A stretch of DNA of 64,000 bases from Pachysolen tannophilus NRRL Y-2460 (lineage: Eukaryota), in the NCBI GenBank assembly GCA_001661245.1, contig KV454011.1, positions 2,406,987-2,470,986 of the forward strand, written 5' to 3'. Of this stretch, positions 21,701-31,430 are shown piece by piece (positions within the stretch are counted from its first letter, which is position 1; every line of letters starts with the position of its first letter). Under the pieces are notes generated by a model. That model ran no database searches, was not told where the DNA came from, and saw only the letters and a list, made by a program, of their open reading frames with translations. The position numbers were made by a program, and so were the translations under genes.

Positions 21701-22917
21701 CTACTATAGCTCCTATCTGTATTCTTCAAATTTGATTGAGAAGATTGAGACAATGTTCTCTTTGAAACTTTTGTTGTTAGCGAAGAAAAACTTCTTGATT
21801 TTGAATTTAATCCTGGGCTTGAATTTCCATTTGATGAATGACTATAAGTGTTATTACCATTATTAATATTTGTATCAGAAACATCAACTTTTTGGGGTAT
21901 TGTTCTGCCACTCAGCGTAGTTGTAGGTTTATGATGTTGGTGATATCTATCATGTGACGTTGAACTTAAAGACATTGCTCTATTATTATTCCCATTATTT
22001 TGAAAATTATTTGAATTTCTTAATTCGGAGTTAACTGCACTTGTGGATACAGATCTTTGTGATAGAGAAGCTGTACTTCTGTTGAAAAAATTGAAGCTCT
22101 GTCTCAAGACAGGGCTACGATTATTTGTCGGATGATGGAGAGGGGAAGTGTTTTCCGAATAATTGTATCTTTCAGGAATCGCACCTAATGTATTTGTGGT
22201 TGAAACTGGGGGAGGTTGTGGCTGTGGATGATTGTATTGATGTTGCTGCTGTTGTTGTTGCTGTACATTCGGGTAAGGTAAATTACCACCACGACTCGAT
22301 GGATGACTATTAACAGGCCTTTGTTGGTTATTACTTATATTCTGAGGAATGTATTGCTGCTGCTGCGGTTGTTGCTGTTGCTGTTGAAGCATATGCGAAT
22401 TTGTTTGTGGCTTAATTGGAAGGTTATGAGGCCGCTGTTGTTGTTGCAGTTGTTGCAGTTGTTGCAGATAATGATTTTGCTGTGGCCTAGCCGGCAAATT
22501 GGCCTGACCTTGCAAATATTGGGGTCCGTATTGCGGTCTCACAGGCAAGTTGAGTTGCCTCTGCAGTTGCAGTTGCAGCAGCTGCTGCTGCTTCTGATTC
22601 CCATACAAGTATCGCAACTCTTCCGACGACCCTGAAGATGAATCCGATTTTGTCGGATCTAGTGTAACCGGCTGTTCCTGCTGCTGATAGCTATTTAGCT
22701 GTGGCTGCAAATGGGGTGGGATGTTGTTGATAATTTTTTGTTGTGAACTTTGACTTGATGATGGTGATGGTATTAGTGGAATATTAGACAAGTCCAAAGG
22801 CGGCTGCTGATGAGTAGGAGAACTTCCAGCACTCCCACGAACTGGTCGCTTAGAACCAAATATATCGGAGAACACATCATCCCGCTGTATATTACCATTA
22901 AACCTTGAAGAGGACAT
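18706..22917 (-). CDS. ROM2: Rho1 guanine-nucleotide exchange factor (DEP-DH-PH-CNH)
   Basis: YPALLSRVA, DRNLALLLGRALDAQKFFHDVTY (DEP), GVFTLLTECYSPTC, KRQESIFE..YTERDFVKDLE (DH), YLFDHALL (PH), CNH domain; Q/N-rich N-terminus. Confidence 0.96.
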   Translation of the reverse strand: MSSSRFNGNIQRDDVFSDIFGSKRPVRGSAGSSPTHQQPPLDLSNIPLIPSPSSSQSSQQKIINNIPPHLQPQLNSYQQQEQPVTLDPTKSDSSSGSSEELRYLYGNQKQQQLLQLQLQRQLNLPVRPQYGPQYLQGQANLPARPQQNHYLQQLQQLQQQQRPHNLPIKPQTNSHMLQQQQQQPQQQQYIPQNISNNQQRPVNSHPSSRGGNLPYPNVQQQQQQQHQYNHPQPQPPPVSTTNTLGAIPERYNYSENTSPLHHPTNNRSPVLRQSFNFFNRSTASLSQRSVSTSAVNSELRNSNNFQNNGNNNRAMSLSSTSHDRYHQHHKPTTTLSGRTIPQKVDVSDTNINNGNNTYSHSSNGNSSPGLNSKSRSFSSLTTKVSKRTLSQSSQSNLKNTDRSYSSSSLTSKTVFTSSSRRPSVYPALLSRVARLFKERIVLGSKLKNGLEYRDAFSGSEAVDIISHIIRTSDRNLALLLGRALDAQKFFHDVTYEHRLRDSNNEVYQFNDFTFFNQNNTGNGTQTNLNGNKRNSFNSENTLNNASMLESPSVSSTIHQLPSSASINQQVNNGSSALLNQQDILVNGVFTLLTECYSPTCTRDRLCYSIACPRRLEQQARLNLKPQGGLRRNDTHISLHENDEKKHLWSYSVPKSVLESVDKRELKRQESIFETIYTERDFVKDLEYIRDFWIRPLRESNIIPEREREKFIKTVFSGVNEILAVNGKLAAALTRRQNKKSIVDQIGDIFLQYIPHFEPFVYYGAGQIFGKYEFERQKTTNPLFARFVEETERLKESRRLDLSSFLSKPTSRPARYPLLLKAIRDHTREDSPDYENLNKALALLQKLLDRINIETGKSSDRYQLILLKQKLQFRPGEFVDLKLTTPNRRILYHCVLKKRNYQDKENQGEVQAYLFDHALLFVKIKIVNKREQHRVYQRPIPLQLLLLSVTEEVPNLKTMMKRSSLMQISALSSASSLVASSPPSILMSSSTSLNNGNSNSNKFPVTFSYLGRKGDYLTLYAPKLSIQKTLIEKIELQHKKLIEANDVFTFTPLCQKFFDYSNKINCVVPFDGGRKLLYGTDSGIYLSEIKKSDQGKRIVSKPIKIISKINVMQLEVLEGYQTFLVLTDKKLLTWPLEILSQTTIDPFKNAKIGKELISHVSFFRVGICNGRMLVCAAKNGSNHIIKVFEPIDPIQQKKLNKRKFKNETKEIVFSSEPVSISFINSRLCVGCTKGFEIVSIEENKMELLLDPADTSLDFVIGKEGLKPLEIDRINSYFLLSYSDFSFYVNGNGWRSRPQFLINWEGLPQDFAIWYPYLLGFDSSFIEIRHVETGDLLRIIYGENIRFLHRSSQEILYAYEDEKGYDVVVSLDFWDKSIKKNNTTTTTTSTTTTATNNNSDEPSAK

Positions 22918-23755
22918 TTCCTCAATAATAATAGTGATGATTTATGATCAAAGTTTTATTTTTCTTTCTTTCTTTCTTTCCAAAAAAATACCCCCAGTTA
23001 TTACCCAAGAGCACAAGAAATAACTTCCTCCTCTTTTACACCAATAAGAAAAAAATTCACCTTGATGAAATTCACAACTTTCCTTTTTGTATTAATAACT
23101 TCTTCTTCTTTTTATAAAGATTTGTATCCTTATCCTCCTAATAAATTTTTTCTTGCCCAATATACTTCTTGCTTTTTTTTTTTTTTTGGTGGCTTTCCCC
23201 TTATCCACCGTTTTGACTGAATCCTTTTTCTTTTTTTTTTTTTATCTTTTTTTCTTTTATCTTCTGTAACTCAAGCTCTTTTATTCTTCTCTAGAAAGCA
23301 ATCTCGATATATAATAGAAGCAATCTTGACTATATAAGCAATAATATTACACTTGATTGATGAATTGTATAAATAGATTTATGTCTTCAAAACTATACGG
23401 AAAGATTGGGTTTCGAATGGATTAAGCGCTGTTAATATTTTTAGATTGATCAAGATTTGGTTCGCGCCGACACGACCAAAACAATTTTAATAAAAATATT
23501 ACGAAGCAGTTTGGAGTTTATGTAATATATGATTTACTCTCCACTGAGGTCAAGAGCTGTTATAGAAATGTAGGTTACAAGAGCGGGTTTATAACTCAGT
23601 AAACGCTACACATTGAACTAAAGCGCCATTAATTCTGACTGGTTCAAACTGTACCGCCAATTGAATTTGATATTGTTACTGCCTATGTTAATAGATAATT
23701 TAAGGCAAAAAAGTGTTGTGCGATATGTGCACTACCTGTGAAATGGAACCAAGTC

Positions 23756-23794
<39 letters not shown>

Positions 23795-23866
23795 GTATAA
23801 TTAATTAATTAACTGATTAATTAATTAATAAGAAATCATTTGGAAGATCAATTAATTTTATTAGCG

Positions 23867-24486
23867 ATGCCAGTATGTATTTCAATTGAAGAATTGGGGA
23901 TTTGATTGAGTTTGAAACTGACTTTTGTTTTTTTTTTTTTTTTTTTTTTTGTCTCTAGGCTTATCACTCAACTTTTTTAGACCAGGAGTCGAATGACGCC
24001 AGAATAGTTGGGAATTTTGCTATATTACCTATAAAGACGAAATTTAGAGGTCCTTCGTACCCATGTAGCGCTGATGAGTACGATATTATAGATGAGATTT
24101 TGGATTTGTTTAGGCCAAATTCTTTTTTTAAGAATTTTGAAATTAAAGGCCCCGCAGATAGAACTTTAATTTATGGTATCTTGTATTTGTCTTCATGTTT
24201 GAATTTGTTGAATAGTAGAGTTGATGAATCCGAGGCAGTTAAAGTTTTGAATAATTTGGCATTGGAAGATTTTAGTATTCCTGGGGATTTGGGATTCCCG
24301 TTAAATTCTCTTTATTTACCACCAAGTTCAAGACAAGAAGCAGATTTGTTAAGAGGTTATTTACAACAATTTAGACAAGAATTGGGAGCAAGGTTGATAG
24401 CAAGAATTTATAAAGACACCAAGTCATCACCTTCAAAGTACTGGTTGGCTTTCCAAAGGAAAAAATTTATGAATAAAAGTTTGTAA
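23867..24486 (+). CDS. ARC18: Arp2/3 complex subunit ARPC3/p21, one intron
   Basis: Exon 1 23867-23872 (ATG CCA), intron 23873-23958 (GTATGT...AACTGAC...TAG), exon 2 23959-24486. Gives MPAYHSTFL...FRGP...LFRPNSFFKNFEIKGPADRTLIYGIL...SKYWLAFQRKKFMNKSL. Confidence 0.95.
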
Positions 24487-24791
24487 ATTGATGTTTACGT
24501 TTACGTTTAGTTAGAAATTTATTTTTTTGTTTTTGTATATGTTGAACAATAGCAATATTGATATATATTGATGTATATATATATATATATAAATAATTTT
24601 ATATTGTAGTTATATGTAATACTTATCTCTCTTTTTCAAAATGGAAAACAATAAAAACCAAAAATGTAATGATAACAATAATAATAATAATAAAAAAAAA
24701 AAAACACAAAAATACAGTTATATAAAAATTGAATGTAATATATAGATTGATAAGAGAACAGCTTCACAAATTCGTGTTAGATGATTGATGT

Positions 24792-27700
24792 TCACCAGTC
24801 ATCTTCCTCTTCTTCTTGCTCATCGTCACTATCTCTTCTGCCAGATCTAGCTCTGATGGCATCGGCCAAGCTACCGGCCAATGTTGAATCTTCTTGCTGT
24901 CTGGCTTTCAAGGCAGCAGCTAAGCCACCAGCTAATGCATCATTATTGGCAGCTCCGTTGGTGGCTCCGTTGGTGGCTCCATTAGAATTACCGTTGCCAT
25001 TAGATATGACTGCTGCAGTTGTCGAGGTAGAAGTACTAACTGTATAACTATTGGTTGCTGGGGCCAGAGGCAGTGCTGCTGATGTGGATCCGGAAGATGG
25101 AGGATCACATTTAACAACATAAGCAGCAGGAACCCATCCCTCCTTCGAGCCGTCAAGAGTCTTTGCTAGCCACCAACCATTCGCATCTTCTTGTCTTAAA
25201 ATGTAAACAATCGTTTCTTTTGAAATTGGTAATTCTGAAGCAGACCCTGTACCAACGAAATCAAATGCAGCCTTGTAAGTTGGAAATTCTGGTTCCTTTT
25301 TAACCTGTGGTGGTGGAGGTGGTGGTGGTGGTACAGGAGTAGAAGCAGCTGCTGCTTGTTTAGGCTGAGGACGAGGAGGTGGAACTTTCTTCTTCGCTAT
25401 TGGTTGTGGTGGTGGTGGTTTATTTGCTCTTACAGGAGGCTTTGAATTAGTGTGGGAATATGCAGCTGTTGCCGCTGAAACCGCTTGGCTACGTGCTGAA
25501 GGTTGTTGCTGCATCGCAGGTGCAGGTGGAGGAGGAGCCTTTCTATTCTGATAATTGTTTTGAGCTGGCAGTGGCAGTGATACCGGATGTCTATTTTGTT
25601 GGTAAGATGGAACAGCAGAAGCAAATCCATTAGAAGAAGCATAACCATTACCGTTACCGTTACCAGTAGGTCTATAATTTTCCAACGCATGAGAAGGTTT
25701 TCCTCTTGGTTTCTTCTTTTGCCTCGAACTCGATGGATTACCCTTTCTCACAGTAATGGTTCCAGATTTGTATATATCACCACTTACAGGAGCCAAATCA
25801 CCATATTGATATTTAATAACGTGTAATTTTGAATTTCCAGCTTTCTTATGATATTGCACAGTAGGACCTATTACAATGGATAATGATTGATTTATATTCT
25901 TCAAATGTGTTACCAACTCTGTTTTGAACATAAGATTGATAAAAGGATCTGCTTGAGTTTGTGAATTTATTATAATAGCCAACCAATCATCCTGGAAACT
26001 TGAAAGATTTAAAGATTGAATCGAACTAACAGGAATTGCATATTCTTTATTAATTGTGATTTTCTTTAATTGCTGGTTATAAGCTTCCTCTAAAATGTAT
26101 AACGTTGATTTGGCCAAAATTAAAATTCTTGGTATTCTCATAGAAGATCTACCAAATTTATGATACAAAGATTCACATCTGGATGAAAAAATGACCCTAT
26201 CAGTAATGCCAGCATTTTTCTTGATAAAAGAACCAAATGATCCTCCACCATTACAATTCAAATAGTCACCCAAAAATGCTCTACTTCCTAACAAAGAGTA
26301 TGATCTCCTTTCCTTCTTGTTGTAAACTAAAGTGTTTCCATAGTCTCTTAACTGTTCAAATTTATTTCCCTTCTTATGAATTCTCCACAGTTTTTGAAGA
26401 ACAACAGCAGCATCAATCTTTTTCTGTATTCTCTTTCTCCATGCTCTTTGGATTCTGATGGCCATTGTATCAAAATACTTGTCTTTCAAGTCTTCTAAAC
26501 CAAAAATAGTTTGAGGTGATTTGATGAAAATCTTAGTTAAACCAATTTTATACTCATCTATTGGGACATTTGCAGAGTGTAAAATATGCATAATTGCCTC
26601 CTTCGTATCACCTTGGTGTATATATTCACCAGCATAACAAGTATAAGGAGAAAGCAAGAAAAATCTTTGGACAAACTGTTCAAAAGTTGATCTGTAAGAG
26701 AACCCTGCTTTTCTAACTTTTACATTCTCTTTTAAACCAAGATATTTGATCTGATGCAAGACATTCTTGACGTTGTAATCTAATGGTGCCTTATTTTCAT
26801 TAGGTTTTATGGTTCTGATATAAGATGGTGTACATTGGGAAAGTTTCTCAACTAAAGCGTTGGCAGATTGTCTAATCTTATCACCTCCACTTGGTGGTCT
26901 TCTCTTAGAGTTTGTATCAATTTTTTCAACAATATTTTCAGTAATAAATGTATTAGTTGATGTCGATAACATTTCAACCAAATCTTTCAACATAGAATCC
27001 TTGTTCTTATCAGTAATTCCGTCAATATCATAAGTGACATCACCTGCATAATGGTGAACTATAAACTTATTAGAACGGAGTTCAAAATACTTATTACCAC
27101 TTGACATGTTCAAACGTTGGGCAAATGATTGATCTGCAGCGCTAGGATCCGCATGAGCTGTCGCACATGCATCATTTAAAAGTGAAAATATACCACCTCT
27201 CTTGTCTTCTATCAACTCACAAACAACTTTATTATCAAAATATTTAATAGGAGTCCAAGTGATTTGTTCTCTCTTATACTCTTCTTGTTCTTCTTTTATG
27301 GTCAATTGAATGAAAACCTGTTGCAACTTCTCGTTAACATAATTGATACAAAATTGTTCAAAACTATTATTATCAAATATTTCAAACCCATAAATATCCA
27401 ATATACCTATTGATTTAGCCGCAGAACCACTTGAACCAGATGTATTTAATGAAATATTAACACGTTTAACAATCCAATCAAATAAATTGTTATACAAACC
27501 TTTTGCCAATGCATCTCTAACGGCATAAGCTTGAGTTAAATTTAAAGGAACGTGATAAATTGAACCTCTTTTCATACCATGACTTGTTTCCATTATTCTT
27601 TCCGTTAATGATTTTGCCAATTGTTCTGCATCTACTTGTAACAAATAAGCAATATAATTTATAACACCTTGATCTCCAATGGCTGAATTAGCATCTTCAT

Positions 27701-28643
27701 TTTCAACAAATAAGACATTACCTATCCACAATATAGCAGACAAGATTCTAAAAATTTGGTCTTGTTCTTCTTGAGACAAACCTATAATAGACATTGCATT
27801 TAATGTTGCATCGAAATCTTTTAAATCATCTATACCATTAACTGAGGTACATTTAGCTCCATAAGTATATTGATATTTTTCTGGAGGTTGAACTCCGAAA
27901 ACTTGTCTATATTTTTCAGATTTTGTTAATTGATAAAAAATATGATAATTTCTTTCATTATTCAATTGTTGAACAACTCTATTTTTTTCTAAAAGGTAAT
28001 TTGTAATATTACCAGCAATTGGTTCATCTTGACTATTGAAAAAAATTTCCAAATATTTACCATGTCTTGAAGAATTGTTATTTCTTAAAGTTTTAGCACA
28101 ACCAAAACTTTCCAATAACGGATTCGTAGCTAAAACCATATCTTTAATTTTTTGAATTTCAGTTGAATTACTACCACCAGAAACTTCAGCAATATATTGC
28201 ATTATTCTCTTTGCCGCCTCGGTTTTCCCAGCACCAGACTCACCAGATATAATAACACATTGATTTTCACTATATGACTTCATCTGATAATACATTGATT
28301 CAGCTATGGCAAAAACATGAGGTTGAACTTCTAATCTATTTTTACCTCTATAACTTTCCAATACTTTATCTGTATAAATTCCTAAATCTTTAAAAGGATT
28401 CACAGAGATCAAAACATTACCGATATATGTATAAATTGTATTGTTCTTAAATCTTTTCTCCAAATTGTCATTAATTGATTCATCCGTGACCGTTGATAAT
28501 AAAGTTAAATCACTAACACCAACCTCTTTCTTCTTACTAGCATCAAAAGTAGCTTTTTGAATACCTCTTTTAGCAGGAGGTTCAGCTGAAGTCTTGGTGG
28601 CACCTGACCTCTTAGTTCTGCCAGCCCTCTTAGTAATAGCCAT
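24792..28643 (-). CDS. MYO5: Type I myosin (Myo3/Myo5 family)
   Basis: GESGAGKT P-loop, [14 protein letters not shown]-site region [11 protein letters not shown] motifs, TH1, proline-rich region, SH3, acidic tail ending EEEEEDDW. Confidence 0.97.
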   Translation of the reverse strand: MAITKRAGRTKRSGATKTSAEPPAKRGIQKATFDASKKKEVGVSDLTLLSTVTDESINDNLEKRFKNNTIYTYIGNVLISVNPFKDLGIYTDKVLESYRGKNRLEVQPHVFAIAESMYYQMKSYSENQCVIISGESGAGKTEAAKRIMQYIAEVSGGSNSTEIQKIKDMVLATNPLLESFGCAKTLRNNNSSRHGKYLEIFFNSQDEPIAGNITNYLLEKNRVVQQLNNERNYHIFYQLTKSEKYRQVFGVQPPEKYQYTYGAKCTSVNGIDDLKDFDATLNAMSIIGLSQEEQDQIFRILSAILWIGNVLFVENEDANSAIGDQGVINYIAYLLQVDAEQLAKSLTERIMETSHGMKRGSIYHVPLNLTQAYAVRDALAKGLYNNLFDWIVKRVNISLNTSGSSGSAAKSIGILDIYGFEIFDNNSFEQFCINYVNEKLQQVFIQLTIKEEQEEYKREQITWTPIKYFDNKVVCELIEDKRGGIFSLLNDACATAHADPSAADQSFAQRLNMSSGNKYFELRSNKFIVHHYAGDVTYDIDGITDKNKDSMLKDLVEMLSTSTNTFITENIVEKIDTNSKRRPPSGGDKIRQSANALVEKLSQCTPSYIRTIKPNENKAPLDYNVKNVLHQIKYLGLKENVKVRKAGFSYRSTFEQFVQRFFLLSPYTCYAGEYIHQGDTKEAIMHILHSANVPIDEYKIGLTKIFIKSPQTIFGLEDLKDKYFDTMAIRIQRAWRKRIQKKIDAAVVLQKLWRIHKKGNKFEQLRDYGNTLVYNKKERRSYSLLGSRAFLGDYLNCNGGGSFGSFIKKNAGITDRVIFSSRCESLYHKFGRSSMRIPRILILAKSTLYILEEAYNQQLKKITINKEYAIPVSSIQSLNLSSFQDDWLAIIINSQTQADPFINLMFKTELVTHLKNINQSLSIVIGPTVQYHKKAGNSKLHVIKYQYGDLAPVSGDIYKSGTITVRKGNPSSSRQKKKPRGKPSHALENYRPTGNGNGNGYASSNGFASAVPSYQQNRHPVSLPLPAQNNYQNRKAPPPPAPAMQQQPSARSQAVSAATAAYSHTNSKPPVRANKPPPPQPIAKKKVPPPRPQPKQAAAASTPVPPPPPPPPQVKKEPEFPTYKAAFDFVGTGSASELPISKETIVYILRQEDANGWWLAKTLDGSKEGWVPAAYVVKCDPPSSGSTSAALPLAPATNSYTVSTSTSTTAAVISNGNGNSNGATNGATNGAANNDALAGGLAAALKARQQEDSTLAGSLADAIRARSGRRDSDDEQEEEEDDW

Positions 28644-29076
28644 ATTTTTATTTTTTAAGTTAATTGCTTAATTGATGGCACCGCTAAGCTAAAAACAGAT
28701 AATAATTAATATTGTACAATATATTACAATATATTATATTTTGTTATATTATATTATATTATATTAACCTTCTCTATGTCAACCTGTTCCTATTAACAGC
28801 TTTAACCTCTCTCCGGCCCAAAAAGGAACTTTTAATTTTTCACGACACGACAAAAGTTTCTGTAAAAAAATAGCAAATTTATTTCCTAATTTGGAACTAT
28901 TTTTTATAACTTCCCAACACAGTAATATTACTTACATTAGGTAACAGTTTCCCAAAAAGGTAGAATGTTAAAAGGCTATTAAATGTATATAGTAAGGGAA
29001 TACAAGAAAACTATCTAATTGACTTGTTCATATATATATATATAAATATATATGTATCTGGATATAGGTATCTTCA

Positions 29077-31293
29077 ATGTCTGCTGTTGCTTCAGATCCT
29101 GATACGTTTAGAATATTAGTAACTACAGACAATCATGTTGGGTATCAAGAATCTGATCCAATCAGAGGTAATGACTCGTGGAAAACTTTTGAAGAGATTA
29201 TGTATATTGCTAAAGAGCAAAATATAGATTTTGTACTTCAAGCAGGTGATTTATTCCATGTGAATAAGCCTTCGAAGAAATCAATGTTTCATGTATTGAA
29301 GAGTCTTCGGACATGTTGTTATGGGAGTAAACCAATTGAGTTTGAACTTTTATCTGATCTGTCGTTATCGATTGATAATAGGGGTTTAAACCATTGTAAT
29401 TTTCAAGATCCTAATATTAACGTTGCAGTTCCAGTATTTGCCATTGCCGGGAATCATGATGATAGTACAGGTGATGAATTATTGGATCCAATGGATCTAC
29501 TTAGTGTCACTGGGTTGATAAATCATTTTGGTAAAAATTTGAATAATGATAAAGTTACCGTTGCTCCTCTTTTATTTCAAAAAGGTACTACAAAATTGGC
29601 ATTATATGGATTATCAAATATAAGAGATGAAAGATTATACAAGACTTTTATTGATGGTGATGTGAAGTTTTTAAAAATAGATGAGAAATCAAAGAGAATG
29701 AATCTTGATCAATCTGATTTTTTCAATTTATTAGCAGTACATCAAAATCATACTGAACATACAGATACAAGTTATTTACCTGAAAATTTCTTACCTAAAT
29801 TTCTTGATCTAGTTGTATGGGGCCATGAACATGAATGTATACCATACTTTACTTCTTCTACTAATGGCTTTAAAGTCTTACAACCAGGTTCTTCTGTGGC
29901 GACTTCGTTATCAGATGGAGAAGTTCCTAGAAAACATATTTTCATATTAGAAGTTAAAAACAAAAATGTGAAAATGATTAATATACCATTGAAAACAGTT
30001 AGGCCCTTTATATTGAAAACAATAGATTTAACAAAAGAAATCACATTAACTGGGAATGTAACTCGGGATAAAAAGAAAATTAATGATTTTTTAATAAGAG
30101 AAACCGAAAATTTAATTGAAGAAGCAAGAAATAATTGGAAACAACTCAACCAGGAAGAAGAGGAAGAAGGCCAGGATGATGACGATGATGACGATCTGGA
30201 ACAAGCTTTATCAAACGGACAAGAGGATAATATTCCTTTGCCCCTAATCAGATTGAAAGTAGAATATACTGATGGATACGAAATTGAAAATCCAAGAAGG
30301 TTTTCAAATAGGTTTGTCGGGAAAGTTGCCAATGTAAATGATGTCGCCTTATTTCATCGTAAAAAGACCACAAATAGTTTATTGGACAAGAAAAAATTAA
30401 CCAAGAAGAAAGGTGTTGGAGCCTTAGGTGAAGATAATGAAGAAGAAGAAGAAGTTGATTTAAATACCGATATAAGTACTTTAATCAATGCTTTCCTTAC
30501 TGATAATGATTTGAATCTTATAAGTAAGAAACAATTGGGTGATATCATAAAACAGTTCATTGAGAAAGATGATAAATCTGTTTTGAAAAAATATGTTGAT
30601 GATGAGTTAAATAAGGATTTCAAAATTTTGTTGAGCATAGCAGAGAATAGTATAAAAGAAAATTTGTTAAATGAAGATTCAATAGATTTTAATGACAATT
30701 CGGATAAGAATGAAAAATTATCCGATTTGAAAAAAGGTTTCAAAGAAATTTTGAGACAAATAAATCAGGATAAAAAGCAAGATTCAAAGGAGTCACAAAA
30801 ATTACTGCAAGAAAGAAAGAAACAAAAGCATAATATTAAAAGTACTGAATATATTGCTGATTCTTCTTCAGAAGACTTCAACAAAAGCGAAGATGGAGAT
30901 TTTATTATGGAGAACGAACTTAAACAGAAGACCCCGAAAAATATAAATCAGAAAAGGAAAATTCGAGAAGCCTCAGTTGAAGTAATCTCATCATCTGAAA
31001 AAGAACAAGAACCATTAGATATTAGCGACATCAGTGAGGACGATAGGTTAAGTGATCTCAATGATGATGAATTGATATCAATGTCCCAACCTAAAAAGCA
31101 AATGAATACAAAATCAAAATCAACCCCTACAACTAGAGGAGAAAGGGGAAGAGGGAGGGCCAGAGGAAGAGGCAGTTCACGAAATGCTCGAAAAAGCAGA
31201 GTTTCTAAGGATACAACCAAGGAACCTCAAGATACTGCGAGAGGAGAAGGAATAATGAATATGATTAGTAGTTTAGCCAATAGAAAAAAATAG
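29077..31293 (+). CDS. MRE11: Double-strand break repair nuclease Mre11
   Basis: Phosphoesterase motifs TDNHVG, GDLFH, GNHDD, HQNH, WGHEH; QPGSSVATSL; ENPRRFSNRFVGKVAN. Confidence 0.97.
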   Translation: MSAVASDPDTFRILVTTDNHVGYQESDPIRGNDSWKTFEEIMYIAKEQNIDFVLQAGDLFHVNKPSKKSMFHVLKSLRTCCYGSKPIEFELLSDLSLSIDNRGLNHCNFQDPNINVAVPVFAIAGNHDDSTGDELLDPMDLLSVTGLINHFGKNLNNDKVTVAPLLFQKGTTKLALYGLSNIRDERLYKTFIDGDVKFLKIDEKSKRMNLDQSDFFNLLAVHQNHTEHTDTSYLPENFLPKFLDLVVWGHEHECIPYFTSSTNGFKVLQPGSSVATSLSDGEVPRKHIFILEVKNKNVKMINIPLKTVRPFILKTIDLTKEITLTGNVTRDKKKINDFLIRETENLIEEARNNWKQLNQEEEEEGQDDDDDDDLEQALSNGQEDNIPLPLIRLKVEYTDGYEIENPRRFSNRFVGKVANVNDVALFHRKKTTNSLLDKKKLTKKKGVGALGEDNEEEEEVDLNTDISTLINAFLTDNDLNLISKKQLGDIIKQFIEKDDKSVLKKYVDDELNKDFKILLSIAENSIKENLLNEDSIDFNDNSDKNEKLSDLKKGFKEILRQINQDKKQDSKESQKLLQERKKQKHNIKSTEYIADSSSEDFNKSEDGDFIMENELKQKTPKNINQKRKIREASVEVISSSEKEQEPLDISDISEDDRLSDLNDDELISMSQPKKQMNTKSKSTPTTRGERGRGRARGRGSSRNARKSRVSKDTTKEPQDTARGEGIMNMISSLANRKK

Positions 31294-31430
31294 TAAACTT
31301 TTGTCTTTATATGTTTTTATTTTAAAAAGTCCATTGTAGTTTTTAATGGTCAACTTTGGAATAAATAAAAATAAATAAAATAAATAGAAATATAAAAAAA
31401 CAATCATTACTGTATCTAAACAAACATTAT

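Noticed and set aside
23525..23640. Possible C/D box snoRNA between ROM2 and ARC18 (ATGATTT...CTGA...CTGA)
   Set aside because: C box is poor, no terminal stem, and I can recall only ~8 nt of rRNA complementarity (AGCGCCAT). An Rfam or snoscan search would be needed.
23762..23830. (TA)n and TTAA repeats, and the many poly-A/poly-T tracts across the window
   Set aside because: Generic features of this AT-rich genome; no array, spacer or centromere-like organisation I can support.
29772..31220. Long antisense ORFs within MRE11 (186, 129 and 90 aa) and similar shadows in ROM2, MYO5, SEC5, CDC37, TAF10 and SOG2
   Set aside because: Shadow frames of conserved genes; their composition mirrors the sense-strand codon bias and repeats.
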